Shown piece by piece: positions 36,848 to 51,237 of a stretch of 64,000 nt of DNA. A model generated the notes under the pieces. That model saw only the letters and a program-made list of their open reading frames with translations. It ran no database searches and had not been told where the DNA came from. Within the stretch, counting starts at the first letter, position 1. Each line of letters begins with the position of its first letter. A program made the position numbers and the translations under genes. The DNA comes from Octopus vulgaris (taxonomy: Eukaryota): assembly GCA_951406725.2 (NCBI GenBank), contig OX597817.1, positions 26,412,001-26,476,000 on the forward strand, given 5' to 3'.

Positions 36848-37172
36848 TGGCACTCCATCACTTATGACAATGAGTGTTCCAGTTGATCTGATCAATGGAT
36901 CAACTTGCTCATGAAATTAACATGCAAGTTGCTGAGCAATCCACAGGCACATATACCCTCAATGTAGTTCACAGGGAGATTCAGCATTACACAGAGTGTG
37001 ACAAGGCTGGCTCTTTGAAATACAAGTGCTACTCATTTTTGCCAACTGAATGGGCTGGAGCAACATGAAGTAAAGTGTCTTGCACAAGTTTGCAATGCAT
37101 TGCTGGGTTTTGAACTCTTGGCATTGAGATCATGAGTTAACTACCATAACAGCTAAGCCACATACCTTCACA
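36848..37172 (-). mobile_element. SINE head G plus tail X (degenerate)
   Basis: Tail matches 26075-26253; head matches 46059. Confidence 0.75.
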
Positions 37173-38456
37173 ACTACAAATACATGTATGAAGTTAAATT
37201 GAAAAGGTAGCTGCAACTGTGCAAGATAATTGATAAGAAATTATGAGAAAATATTACTTGTTTATATATATATTTATTGTCAGAAGAAAAAAGGGCATCA
37301 TCCATGACCCACATCTGGAACTCCAAGATTGGTAAGATGAAGAGCAGAAGTAATTCTAAAACCAGAGACATAGCTGGGATACAAAAAGGGCTACTTGACA
37401 ATATTAAAGTAGGTAATACATTAAGTCTGCCTCTCAAAAACAAAAATAGTCTCTGTGATGAGTTTTTACACAGTATTTTTCTTGCAAATTTTATTCACAA
37501 AAGTCTGGCTGATTCAATTGTGTAGTAGAAGGTACTTGCTTTAGTTTCCACATTGTAAGATCAAACTTGAAATTCCTTAGTGACAATGTAAGATCTATAA
37601 TATGTTTGTAGTTCCTGTAGCAGCCTGCTAGTTGAGGGAAACTACTCTGCTAAGCTAGAAGATTCTTGAATTGTCATTTAAAACAGATATTACATTTTCC
37701 CCTTGAGTACAGGCTTTAAGATATTTATCTCAGTGCTCTAACATGGAAATATAATAAACATCCTTTCTGAAACACAAACAAAAGATATTCTAAAATCTTG
37801 TCTCCAAGAGAAGACATATCCCCCTCATCCTATTTAAACCAGGAAAAAGAGTACAGAGGTTAACAATTGTTACAATAAATCATTTCAAAGTAAGCATGAG
37901 TTATTGATGTCTTCCATAATATGGAATAATGATTTCAGTATTTTATGAAGTTTTTTAACGATCATCTGTTCCTTTGGGGTAACATAGGTTAGAAGATATT
38001 GTATATTTCAATACATTCATGTCTATTTGGAACAAGCATTCTCCAGGAAAATGCCATGCCCAATAGCAGTCTAACACTCAATCATAAAATAGCTGGACAT
38101 AAGAAAGAAACTTGTCTCGCCTCAATTTACAATTCCTTGCTAGTTGTAAGATGTGATTTCATGACCTCTGTGCCAATAATCAGATATATTAATCTATCAG
38201 CTAGCCCGAAGCAGCATAGTTTTTATGAATAACTTTTATTACATCATTTTAACCATTTCTGAGAAACTAAACTGGAAAATAGAAAGGTATATTATATTTA
38301 TATTTCATCTATGTACAATAATGCTTTTATCTCTTTTAATTTTTAGAAAACCCCCAATCTTTTGTACTCCTAGTTAGTTCATTCATATCTTATAGTTTTG
38401 TTAATTTATATGAAATATAAGTTACAAATATTAGGATTTTCCTTATAATAATAAAT

Positions 38457-38622
38457 AGGTGCAGGAGTGGCTGTGTGGTAAGTAGCTTGCTTACCAACCA
38501 CATAGTTCCAGGTTCAGTCCCACTGTGTGGCACCTTGGACAAATGTCTTCTACTATAGCCTCGGGCCGACCAAAGCCTTGTGAGTGGATTTAGCAGATGG
38601 AAACTGAAAGAAGCCTGTTGTG

Positions 38623-38653
<31 letters not shown>

Positions 38654-38890
38654 GTGTGTATATGTTTGTGTGTCTGTGATTGTCTATGATTGTCCTCCCC
38701 AACATCACTTGACAGCCGATGCTGCTGTGTTTACGTCCCTGTAACTTAGCAGTTTGGCAAATGAGACCAATAGAATAAGTACTAGGCTTACAAAGAATAA
38801 GTCTAGGGGTAAATTTGCTCAACTAAAGGCAGTGCTCCAGCATGGCCGCAGTCAAATGACTGAAACAAGTAAAAGAGAGAGTAAAAGAGA
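38457..38890 (+). mobile_element. SINE family A
   Basis: Matches 19-419. Confidence 0.9.
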
Positions 38891-39221
38891 GACCACAACT
38901 GAATTTGTTAAAGCATCAGCTGACTTACATTTTTTGTCATTACACACACACACACTCACATATTTGCATGTGTGTGTTTATGTATGCATGTAGGTTTTGA
39001 TGAAAGTAAAAGTACATGTGTATCCATGTGCTTGTTTACATTTGCACTTCTCAGAAATTTAGTGAGTGCTGATATTTTCCCTATCAACAGGTCATCTATT
39101 GCAAATTCAAATACATGTCAATAATGCAACCCTTAGGAAGAGCTTCTGGCTATAAAAACAATGCTTCAGTAATATACTCATCTATCCCATGCTAGCATGG
39201 AAAATTGAATAGTAAAACAAT

Positions 39222-39453
39222 ATATTTGTTTATTGCCCACAAGGGGCTAAACATAGAGGAGACAAACAAGGACAGAGAAAAGAATTAAGTCGATTACATC
39301 GACCCCAGTGCGTAACTGGTACTTTATTTATTGACCCCGAAAGGATGAAAGGCAAAGTCGACCTCAGCGGAATCTGAACTCAGAACATAGCGGTAGACGA
39401 AATACGGCTACGCATTTCGCCCGGCATGCTAACGGTTCTGCCAGCTCGCCGCC
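39222..39453 (-). mobile_element. SINE family B
   Basis: GAATRGTAAAACAATAT TSD. Confidence 0.9.
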
Positions 39454-40439
39454 TAATGAATGGTAAAACAATATGATGATTAGAATTATTTTGAAGGGCA
39501 GTTTCTTTTCCCTTTTTAACATATACAGGAACATATTGAAGAAGGATAGTTAAACAAAACACTGGCAAATTTTCACTGAGAACAGATGCTTCCAAGTACA
39601 TATACTGTTTTGTTAACTCAGATGAAAAATATATAATGTCAAAGGTTATTCCAAATACTGAAGATTCAGATAAAGGTTGACTGTCAGATTAAACCACTTC
39701 ATACAAATTTGCAACTGCCACAAATCCGAGGACATTCTCCTGCTCATATTTCATGTAAAAAGGTATTTTCACTGGAAATATTAGGGTGTAAAATGTTTTT
39801 TCCTACTGCTTTCTGGGATTTTGGTATGACTAGAATAAAATCAATAAGTACAATACACCTGCATCGCTGCAGTCAGGTAACTGAAATCAGTGGAAGAACA
39901 AGAGAATAAAAGAATGATGATAAATAATGTTTAAAAGTAACAGAACTTTAAGCTTCAAGACTACTAATTATGCTGTTATAAGTTCAGAATATTCTAAAGC
40001 CGATGTGTTGTGCATCTGAGCAATTACATAACATTGCTTGTTAATTTTCTGACCAAGCCTCAAGCATGTTCTTTTGTAACAATTAATAAGTTAACAACAG
40101 AAAGAGCTGTCAAATCTAAAATAAATGGCAGTGCAATAAGCCATGGAATCTCAAGCTAGAATAAGCAAAAAGTGAATGTACAAATTAGTAGAATGTTAAA
40201 AAATATTCAAGAGATTTATAGATATTGCATCATTGGTTAGTTCTTCAGGTCATTAAATCAACCAAGTTAAGATTTGAATCGCATGTGTGTCATTGATTGA
40301 ATGACAGCTAATGACACCCAGAGTTCTGAACCATCAGCTCAGTTCAGTTCACACACACACACACACACACACAAGTACACATACACGTGCATACACACAC
40401 GAGCACACACACATATTTATAAATATATATATATATATA

Positions 40440-40636
40440 AAGTTAATCCAAACAAGAAAACAAAAAGACAACAACGCAAGGATGGGGAACAAATAAAGTA
40501 TTATTGGACGCTCAGGAAAGAAGGGAAGAAGGAGGGTATGACATTTCGAGCAGAGCTCTTCGTTGGAAACATAGGAGAAAGAAAGATCCCGAGGTGGGAG
40601 GACAGAGGGAAAAAAAATGCAAGTGGTCTTCATGAG
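40440..40636 (-). mobile_element. Short Penelope-type element in (TA)n with decayed hammerhead (40536-40570)
   Basis: gttt-CCAACGA-a-GAGC tct GCTC-GAAA-tg-TC-atac; related to 10654-10844. Confidence 0.55.
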
Positions 40637-41169
40637 ATATATATATATATATATACATACATATGTGTGTATGTTCATGCATGCATGTGTGTATGTGTGT
40701 GTGTTTGTGTGTGTGTGCGTGTGCACTTTTTCTTTCAGAAAGTCAAACATCAATACAATGTCATTAATTTTCTTTGTTACAATCCATTAACAAACATATT
40801 TAACTAAGTAAATCAATTAATAAACTTCAGCAAACTCAGCTGTATGGATTTAATGTCACTAATTAAATGATAAATATCATTAATTCAATAACAGAAAATC
40901 CTTATTAAGCTGACCAATGCGATTAGAAGTAATGCTTAGGATCCCTTTGATAGTAAACTGATAAATGTCTGTTGTGTATATACCTGAAGTATAATTGTAA
41001 TTCAGTACATTTCCTCAGTGTAATATCTGTCTGTCTGTCTGTCTATCCATTTGGTTGTCTGCCTATCAAAGTTGATATTGACATCATTATTGTTATCATC
41101 ATTATCAACATCATTAACATTATCTTATGAAAATTTTCTATGCTGGCCTGGGTTGGACAGCTCATCAAT

Positions 41170-41345
41170 TTTCAAGTTCATTATTTACATTATTTACATT
41201 ATTTACATTATCTACATTCAACGGGTATTTGTCCTCATGTTGCTTGTTGTTAACACTATGTTTCGGCTGATATACCCTCCAAGCCTTCTTCAGGTGTCTT
41301 GGGGAAATTTCGAACCTGGGTTCTCATTCCTAAGGTATTTTTTGA
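41170..41345 (-). mobile_element. Family F Penelope-type short element
   Basis: Homologous to 4709 and 23418; abuts (TTA/TTG)n. Confidence 0.8.
41252..41298 (-). ncRNA. Minimal type-I hammerhead ribozyme, canonical C3:G8 core
   Basis: GACAC-CTGAAGA-a-GGCT..AGCC-GAAA-ca-TA-GTGTT. Confidence 0.7.
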
Positions 41346-41751
41346 TGTAATCATTATTATTATTATTGTTGTTGTTGTTGTTGTTGTTATTATTTTTATC
41401 GTTCCAGTTTTTTCTTATTGGGAACCACTGGTCCCGTAGTAAACTGATGCTCGTATGTGACGTTTGGCTTGGTTTCTCTGGTTGGATATCCTTCCTATCA
41501 CCACCAACTTCAAAGAATCTTTTCTTGCACGGTGGAGATGCATTTCCCCATAGCATCAAAACGGAAAAGATGAAGTAGTCCTTGAGGAAACAAGAGTAAA
41601 GAGACTTCACAATCCCAATCAACCATAAAATTGTTTTACATAATGCTAAATTTTTTATGATCTTGCTTATTTCCAACTAAATATTATTCTTATTATAACA
41701 TGTATATAATATATAAGAATTATATATAATATATAATTCTTATTATAACAT

Positions 41752-42118
41752 GTGTGGTAAGAAGTTTGTTTCCCAACCACTTGACTCCGGGTTCAGTCCC
41801 ACTGCATGACACCTTAGGCAAGTGTCTTCTACTGTGGCCTCAGGCCAACCAAAGTCTTGTGAGCGGATTTGGCTGACAGAAACTGAAAGAAGCCCATCAT
41901 GTGTGTGTGTATGTTTATATATATATATATATATATTTGTGTGTCTCTGTTTGTCCCCCACCATTGTTTGACAACTGATGTTGGTGTGCTTACATCCCTA
42001 GTAACTTAGCAGTTTGACAAAAGTGACCAATAGAATAAATACTAGGCTTATAAAGAATATGTCTTGAGGGTCAGTTTGTTCAGTCAGATGACTGAAACAA
42101 GTAAAAGAATAAAAGAAT
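41752..42118 (+). mobile_element. SINE family A
   Basis: Matches 19-419 with a 3' deletion. Confidence 0.85.
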
Positions 42119-42794
42119 ACAGTATAAATAGTAGGAATGATGTTACCATTAAATAACAAAACACGATAAAGGAGCTGAAGTGTACTAATGTAAATTCAGT
42201 TAAAGAGATGATGGATTTAACATTTTATACAAGAAAGGAAAAATATCAGACCATAGGAATTTTGTTAGAGAAAACATTTTAGAAACTATAACAAAGATTG
42301 AATCGTTTACTGATATTTTGGGTGAAAAGAACCTTTCATTAGTTGTAAGGAGAACAAGAGAATGTGTCAATATTTGTGGCAGCTTCAAGTTTTGTTTCGA
42401 GTTGTTTCATCTGAGAGCCAAATTTTGGGTATTTCTCTAAATGATGGAATACTCTTATCACAAAACAAATTTATTGAAACAAATTGACTGACAGAAAACA
42501 CCTAAGCCCAGCAAAATTTATCTATGGTCTTTATTTTTGATTTCCTATCTTAAATCACTTCAACTGCTCCAGTAAGTCGTCATAAAATGTGTTACAACCA
42601 AGGTAGGTGTTTAGAAATTTGATCTCTTTATGTTACAGTTACAGAGATGGAATATTCTCTTATTTCATCCTTTTGAAGCAGATCAATAATCATAAGCTTT
42701 TCTATCAGGAATACCCATTCTCTACTCTCTACAGATATTCTGCATCTAGGACTATGTTGTTTAATGTGTTTGTATTTGATTTGAGAGTCATTTG

Positions 42795-43098
42795 GCTTGT
42801 TCCTTCTCGAGCCACATCTGGCTCATAAGGGCCGGTTTCCTGGTTTCCTTTGGCATATAGATTCCCCACCTGGACGGGATGCCGGTCCGTCGCAGGTGAG
42901 CAGCAAGATTCAGGAGGAAAGAGTGAGAGAAAGTTGTGGCAAAAGAGTTCAGCAGAAGTTCGCCATTTCCTTCCGCCGGAGCCACGTGGAGCTTAGGTGT
43001 TTCACTCATAAACACACACATCGCCCGGTTCGAGATTCGAACCTGCAATCCTTTGACCACAAGTCCGCTGCTCTAACCACTAGGCCATGTGCCTCTAC
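42795..43098 (-). mobile_element. SINE head D plus tail V
   Basis: GGTTCGAATC B-box; CCTGCGACGGACCGGCATCCCGTCCAGG domain; AGAGTCATTTG TSD. Confidence 0.85.
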
Positions 43099-44855
43099 AG
43101 AGTCATTTGACTGGTTTGATTTGAGAGAGATTTAACTACTATATTTGATAAATCAAGCTATATCATAGAGACTTTGTCACTGTCCCAAGAATTCGTTTGT
43201 TTATCTATAACATACAAGGGAATTATATATACCATCAAAGAATAACCAGGATACATTATTCCCATTGATTATTACAGTCATCGTGTCATCATATTGCTTA
43301 GCTCTTGGTCAATCCTGATGAAATAGACATGCATTCAATAGTATTCCAACTATAAAACTTTTAGACAAAGTGTATTGCTGACTATATTATCTAATGTACC
43401 CTTTATTAGAAATGGCAGTGTGTCATTAAAGGAGATTAACTGCAATTTCTGGTGATCATATTTTCATTGATGGCATGACAATGCTATGTTAAATAGAGAT
43501 GATTGTGGTGTGAATGTGTAAATGGTATGGAGATTTTAGGTGTGTTAATGACAGTGAGGATATTTGGAAGCAAAATCCATAAATTGTAAGGTTGATACTT
43601 GTGTAAAGTGAAATAATGGATCATATAGTAATGTTGCTGACCGTGGAATTGATGTTTATCATAATATTTGCTTTCTAAAATGGACACAAGACCTCACATT
43701 TAGATAGTGGGGTTTCAGCAGATCAGAATGACCTCACTTGTTCTTAATTTAGTGGTCAAGCAGAGCAATTAAAAGCAAAGTTGACATTAGCTGAAATTGA
43801 AATGATGACACAGAGAGTCGTAAGCAAATCCTGCAAGTGGCTTTATTCAACACTCAGCCTTTTCTGTTGATCCACCACACTACCATTGTAATCATAATAT
43901 TTGAAGGCAACTGTACTGTGTAAATAAATATGAATGTTGTTAACCCATAAACATGAATAGTAAATTCAGATAACCTTCTATAATATTGTTGCTAAGTAGT
44001 TCACTCGACAGTATCATCAAGAACATATGTGTGTGTCCCTGTGAGTGTAAATATATGTATATATATATACATATGTATGTGTGTGTATGTGTGTATTGTG
44101 TTTGTGTATACATATTAAAACCATTGACATTATAAGCATTGTTCCTATCACAACAACTTGCTAACAACTCCAAATCAATAGTGAAAGTATCTCATCGATA
44201 TAAAAGGTTTTAGAATTGAAAATGTGTCATTATGTTCTCCAAAAGTGTTAATCATTATAGGGATACAAGCTTAAATTACACTGTAAAGGGAGCAGCCTTT
44301 ATGTTGAAGTAAAAGTACATTTGAGACAGGACAAAACAACACATTAAATGCTCTCCAATTTAATGATGCTGTTGTTACAATAAGTAGCATTTAGTTATTT
44401 TTATATTTTACATTGATTTTATAACCCTGTTAATATGCAATGAAGATTATACACATTTTGAATAATATTTATACAATGAAGGTACAATTACTGAATAACA
44501 GGCCATAAAACCAAAGAGTTAATAAATTTTGAGTTAATTATATTCCTATAAAATAATTATTTTATACCAGGGTACTTCCAAATGCTAATTCATGACATTA
44601 AATAGAGCAGATACCTATGAAAGTGTGGTACAGTTCTGCTAGTAGAAGTATTTTAATCTATGATCAAATACTAAAGTGTAAAAAAATGGTATTTTCTTTT
44701 CCATTTTGCTCTCTTTATTTCATATCTGAACAGCTTAAATGAATCTGTAATGTTAGTGAAACTTGATTCCGATATGTGCTGATTATTAAAATATCAGAAA
44801 ATGTTTTAAGAAAATCTTATCCAAACAATATTTGTACAAAGCCAAACACAGTTAT

Positions 44856-45262
44856 CTCTTTTACTCTCTTTTATTTGTTTCAGTCATGTGACTGTGGCCA
44901 TGCTGGAGCACCACCTTTGGTCGAGCAAATCGACCCCAGGACTTATTCTTTGTAAGCCTAGTACTTATTCTATCGGTCTCTGTTGCCAAACTGCTAAGTG
45001 ACGCGGACGTAAGCACATCAGCATCAGTTGTCAAGCGATGTTGGGGGGTGGGACAAACACAGACACACAACCATATACACACACATACATGCATATATAT
45101 GACGGGCTTCTTTCAGTTTCTGTCTACCAAATCCACTCACAAGGCTTTGGTCAGCCTGAAGCTATATTAGAAGACACTTGCCCAAGGTGCCACGCAGTGG
45201 GACTGAACCCGGAACCATGTAGTTCGTAAGCAAGCTACTTACCACGCAGCAACACCCACACC
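44856..45262 (-). mobile_element. SINE family A
   Basis: Reverse complement of 19-419. Confidence 0.9.
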
Positions 45263-46058
45263 TTTTATGTTATGGAGAATTATTTCTGTATTTGCAAACC
45301 ATTTGAAGCCAAATTTGAATATCACAACAAAGCTTGAAATGTTGAAATGTAACTGTATAAAAATATAACAATACAAAAATAATAATTAGCATATAAGGTG
45401 TGAGTGTTGCTGCATGGTAAGTAGCTTGCTTATGAACTACATGGTTCCGGGTTCAGTCCCACTGCGATTTGCTCGACCAAAGGCGGTGCTCTTATTGGAC
45501 ATTCGTTTAATGTGAAGTAAATGGATTCTCTACCAGTTTTGTTGATAAGTATTCTCACTCTTTAATCAGATTTTACACTTAAATCAAATCACTTAATAAA
45601 CTTATAATTAGCAGTGTATTCCACAAACATGTCCAAGTAGAATTGGTGTTACAAAACTGGGTCTTCGAATTTCTGATACATTCTAATTGACAGGCATCCG
45701 TGCAGTTTATGTCTATCCAATTTTGCCTGGTACGTTTGAGTTCAGCCAAGGCTACACCTCATGATTGCAAGGCAAAATTCTTAAGAATTCAGTCATGCCT
45801 ATACTCACGTGTTCATTTAAACACTCACGCACACACATGCATACACACACATGCATACACACACATGTGCATGCACATTCCACATCACACACACCCCACA
45901 TCACACACCACGCAAACACATATAAGCACACAAACACACATATATATATGTCCACAATTAAACTCATGTAAAAAGCCACACACATGCACAAAGCCATTTC
46001 AGTAGAAACATTGAGATCACAGAAGCCATTGAGAAATTTCAGGCAGTGAAGCATAAGT

Positions 46059-46283
46059 GGAGGCACGTGGCTTAGTGGTTAGGGTATCAGCACCATGATT
46101 GTAAGATTGTAGTTTCGATTCCTGGACCGGGCGATACATTGAATTCTTGAGCAAAACACTTCATTTCACGTTGCTCCAGTCCACTCAGCTGGCAAAAATG
46201 AATAACTCTGCAATAGACTGCCGTCCCATCCAGCTGCGGAACACATACGCCATAGAAACTGGGAAACTGGGCCCATGAGCCAG
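46059..46283 (+). mobile_element. SINE head G plus tail V
   Basis: TGGCTTAGTGGTTAGG head; tail homologous to 42820-42900. Confidence 0.8.
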
Positions 46284-46734
46284 GGTGCATTTATATTAAA
46301 TGGCAGTGCATCAGCATGGCCACAGCTCAGAGCTGAAACTAGAGAGAAAAATAAAATGAAATTTACTCCTGCTGTACATAGGTATACTAAGGGAACTGTG
46401 AGCAACTAAGTGCTGTAGCTCATGATCTTGAAGTATTTGTAATCAAGGACCCATCGGACCATAGAGCTATTCTCCTGCAAGGTCTCAGATGCTCCCTGGC
46501 AAAACATGAATTCTGTATCAAACATTCAACATATTTGTCCATCATAAACAAGAACAATCTTGTAATAGCTTTACTAAGATATACAGCCAACAATAGAAAC
46601 CAAATTTCAAAAGTTAATCCATAAACAAATTGTGTTGAACATGTGAATAAAAAGTGAAAAATCTAAACACATTAATAGAGAATTAGCTGTATGTAGATCA
46701 TGCTTACAAAGTCAGAAAACAGCACAGCTCCCAT

Positions 46735-47022
46735 GACTTTCGGAAATATTTTTTCATGCTAAGACTTGCTGAAGTATGGAACAAACTGCCAGCATCAATT
46801 GTTAGTTGTCAGAGCACTGCATCCTTCAAAACTTCCATGCTTCCTGAGATTTGCCAACACTGCACCTAATTTTCTCCCATTCATGCACACGCAAGCATGT
46901 ATCTGACTCATACACTGTTCACTTCCAAGACATTTGTACATTATTGCATATGCTTTATATGCACTTTTGACAAGTTGTGGTGTACCTGAGCACTGTGTAC
47001 AATAATTTCATTATTATTATTA
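46735..47022 (+). mobile_element. CR1/L2-type LINE 3' end
   Basis: AEVWNKLPASIVSCQSTASFK; (ATT)n tail. Confidence 0.75.
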
Positions 47023-47239
47023 TAAAATATATCAGATTAATTCAGAAAAGTGAAATGGCTCAGTGAATACATATGGCTTTTACAGGGCTTAAAAAAAGTG
47101 GAGGATTGCTGCAATAAGTGTGTATATCCGAGAGGGGAATATGTTGATCCTCCTGTATTTTCTTATATACAAAGCCAGGAACTTTTCTGTACCACCTTGT
47201 ATTGTTCATCCTAAGTAATAATATTTGTAACAATCCCTC

Positions 47240-47602
47240 TCATCCTTTGGGGGTTGATCGGTTCATCTTTTCAGGGTTGATAAATTAAGTACCTATTTCT
47301 TTACTACCCACAAGGGGCTAAACACAGAGGGGACAAACAAGGACAGACAAATGGATTAAGTCGATTACATCAACCCCAGAGCGTAACTGGTACTTAATTT
47401 ATCGACCCCGAAAGGATGAAAGGCAAAGTCGACCTCGGCGGAATTTGAACTCAGAAAGTAACGGCAGACGAAATACGGCTACGCATTTCGTCCGGCGTGC
47501 TAATTGATAAATTAAGTACCAGCTGCGTACTGGGGTCGATCTAATCGACTGGCCCCAACCTCCACCAAAATTTTGGGCTTTGTGCCTTGAGTAGAAAAGA
47601 AT
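47240..47602. mobile_element. SINE B' fragment (+) carrying an antisense SINE B (47294-47503)
   Basis: 17-bp TSD TTGATAAATTAAGTACC. Confidence 0.9.
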
Positions 47603-48654
47603 ATTTGTAACAATCAGACCACTCTTCATTCCTTTGTTTGTGTCAATAAATTAATAGTGGCTGAAATTTTAATAAATTTCATCAGATCTAACCTGGCTAC
47701 CTTCTTTCAGCTAATACAGAGATGATGAAAATATTAATGCCCCAACAACCAACATATAAAAGAAGCAACATAATAATTAAGAAAAATATTTGGTCTCACT
47801 AGAATGTTTGCTTGGCTATTTTTTTTTTTTTTTATTCATTTACACTTCATTTTATTTATTTACTAATTGCAAACGAATACAGAACTTGGTAGAAAGAACA
47901 CCTGGAAAATTCTCCATTATGTTGTGTGGAAAGCTTTTATTTAGAAAGCTTAGCAATTAATCTGTAATATCAAATACTCTGATACATTATTTATTCTTTC
48001 AGACTGTCTACTGTTTTGCTTCAACAGAGCTATAAATCCAGTGTAGATGTCAGTGTGTAACTGAATGAACATATTGGTGCTTCAGAATAAATATGTATAT
48101 ATGTGCTTCTATGTTGTAAGTATAAGCTAGACATATTAAAGCATATATGAAAGAGTGTGTGTGTGTGTGCATTGTTATTCAGCTGTGTGAATAATGTGCA
48201 CTTGGGTCTCTAAATGTGTACACATGCATATCTATCGACAGGTATAAATACATGTGCGTTTAAGTGTGACCGGGTTTATGATGAGTGTGCTTGTATGTTA
48301 TATCTACTGATGTGTATACTTCGAAAATTTACATATATGCAGCCATCCATGTGTGATGTGTAAGCACAAACATGATCATTAATACATCAGTAATATGCTG
48401 ATATGAATTCTATATAAAAATACAAGCCTCCATATTTACCCAATTTTAAAATATTTATATTCATTATAATAGTATCAATACATTATTGTACTGCTCACAA
48501 AGAAAAGGGATGGAACTAATAAATACTGAGATAAAAAGATAGAACAGCATATACTGAATAGGAGATCTACAGATACTGACTAAATACTAGAGGACTGGTT
48601 TCATTATTCTGTTCACATCAGATGTTCAAACTAGGTAATTCAATCAAAGCAGTG

Positions 48655-49047
48655 TCATCATCATCATCATCATTGTTCGACCATGGTCGAGACAATGGAA
48701 TTTACCATGCTACGCCAGACTTCACGGTCCATCACGGTCCAACAGGTCCTGTTGCTGGATACCTGTATCCCTGGAGATTACATCAGGGTAGGAGAGTGTG
48801 CACCCTCTGGTATTGCAAGTAGATGGCTTCCAGAGGAGAAGAGTAGAAATTGCCTCGTTTTCAGCTCTACCACAATGGCCAGCAAACTGGACTCTCCTCC
48901 CTTTCACAAGAGATGACACCGGTGGTAGTTTCCCATATATTTGCATTTTGGTTGGATGACGCTTCCACGAGAGATTTTGAGCTCTCATAAGGAGGCGAGT
49001 GTAGGTTCCATCCAACCGCCTCTCAAGCTTCTTTGATAACGTCCAGT
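48655..49047 (-). mobile_element. RTE-like LINE 3' fragment
   Basis: DGTYTRLLMRAQNLSWKRHPT...RRVQFAGHC; (GAT)n tail. Confidence 0.85.
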
Positions 49048-49610
49048 GAAGTACACTGTCATAACATGATTTTGGAATAGTTCACTCTTTATCCATGTTT
49101 TGATGGGATTTACAAAGATGCTTGCCATCTCATTTAAATTTGTGTGCCCCTTACACTTTTATTTGTCTGGAATTACAGTATTTATGAAGATCATTTTGTC
49201 CAGTTATTTCTGCGACTGTTGTGGTTCTTATTACTACTATAATGAATTTTCATATTTTCACTATTTTCTTTGGCACCTGTTACAGTTGTTGTTGAGGCCA
49301 ATGTTAAAGCCTTTAAACGTTACATTCCATAGTTAAAACATTTCAATACTCTTTTATCCCTTCCCTTAGCTTTATCATCAAACCTACAATAAACAGTTTA
49401 TTATTTCAGCCATGTCTAGGATATTGTTATATTTTCCAAGGAAGGACTTACTGCATTTTGTAATCTGTATGTTCTTAGTTTAAATCATACCAGATTCCCT
49501 TTGCCTGTCATCCTTCAGAGATCGTTAAAATAAGGACCAGTGAACTTCTGAGCTATAAACAATTGATATAACATGCACTTATCCCAAATGGGTGACCTTG
49601 TACCTATACC

Positions 49611-49840
49611 TATTTCTTTAGTGCCCACAAGGGGCTACACACAGAGGGGACAAACAAGGACAGAGAAACGGATTAAGTCGATTACATCGACCCCAGTGCG
49701 TAACTAGTACTTATTTAATCGACCCCGAAAGGATGAAATGCAAAGTGGACCTCGGCGGAATTTGAACTCAGAACATAGCCGCAGACGAAATACGGCTACG
49801 CATTTCGCCCGGCGTGCTACCGATTCTGCCAGCTCATCGC
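49611..49840 (-). mobile_element. SINE family B
   Basis: 15-bp TSD CCTTGTACCTATACC. Confidence 0.95.
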
Positions 49841-50149
49841 CCTTGTACCTATACCATTCTGGGACACCTCCTTCAAGGTTTTAGTAAATCAAATTGATCC
49901 CAGCATTTATTTTAAGCCTGGTTCTTTTTCTATCAATCACTTTTTGCCAAACCACTACGTTACAAGAATGTAAAGAAAAAAAAATTAGTGAAACATTAGT
50001 AAGTACAGATTCATCACGGCAAAAGAACTTGGGTTACAACGTATTCTTTAAAGAATTATTATGTTTGAAATATTATATAAAATGTAATATGTTCATGTAT
50101 ATGTTGTACAACTCCAGTATATAACTGGTATACTAGTGCTTATTTTATT

Positions 50150-50399
50150 AACATGTAAAAAGCACCATCCGTCCGTGGCCATTTGCCAGCTCCGTCTGGC
50201 ACCTGTGCGGGTGGCACGTAAAAAGCACCCACTACACTCACGGAGTGGTTGGCGTTAGGAAGGGCATCCAGCCATAGAAGCACTGCCAGATCAGACTGGG
50301 GCTGATGCAGCCTTCTGGCTTCACAAACCCCAGTTGAACCGTCCAACCCATGCTAGCATGGAAAGCGGACGCTAAATGATGATGATAATGATGATGATG
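50150..50399 (+). mobile_element. Retroposon family E
   Basis: Matches 16282-16525. Confidence 0.85.
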
Positions 50400-51237
50400 T
50401 ATAGTTGAATTGTAAAATGAACTGATCCCAGCCTTTTTATGTGCCAATACTGATGGAGTAAATAATTGCAGGGATAAGAAGAATAATTTTTATATATTTT
50501 TTCCATAAAGGAACAGATGAGAGATCATTACAAGTGAAACATTTTTGCAATGGATGGGGTTTATGCAGAATTGCTAATGAAAAATCTGGACCTTTAAAAC
50601 AACACTATGCAAAAGGAAGCAAATGCGACATCTCAAATAGAAGTGAACCCCAGAGGGCTTTTTGTGTAGGGGTCCCATGATTAGCCATTGAAGAACTAGG
50701 TATCTTAACTATCAAGGGCAAATACCTCATCCTAGCTATGACCTCTGGCCTACAGGTGCATGCTAAATGTAATATCATTCACCTGGGTCATTCTCATTGC
50801 TCCCATTCCCCACTTAGCATATTCACAGCCAGTACCCTCCTCTCAATTTTCATCTTCCTCACCAAATGGAACATAGAGAACTTGAGCGTTTGGTTGAAGA
50901 GAAAAATATCTAATATCAGTTTTATAAATCTTGCCCACCCTGCAGTTTGTTTTGCAATAATTTTTGTACATCACAAGACAACTGCCTGTCATTTCCAGTC
51001 AAAGGGGAGATCTGTAGCCTGTCTTCATACAAAACTCCACTGATTAAAAATAACAAGCCAAATATTTCTTTGTATGTTTGAATGAGGAGCATTATCAGAA
51101 CTTCAAATACATTTCACAAATTAGAACATCATTACATATTAATAATGACAACTAACTGAAACTAGGTAAACGATGGATGACAGTGAAATTTTTCTAAACC
51201 ACCAAACATTCACATTTCGATTAAATACTTATGAACT

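Noticed and set aside
41395-41600. Exon-like moderately GC-rich segment
   Set aside because: Minus strand contains GGTGATAGGAAGGATATCCAACC, resembling family E, and ends in an (AAT/AAC)n tail; likely a retroposon
42204-42440. 78-codon stop-free plus frame
   Set aside because: No start, no convincing splice pair and no recognisable homology
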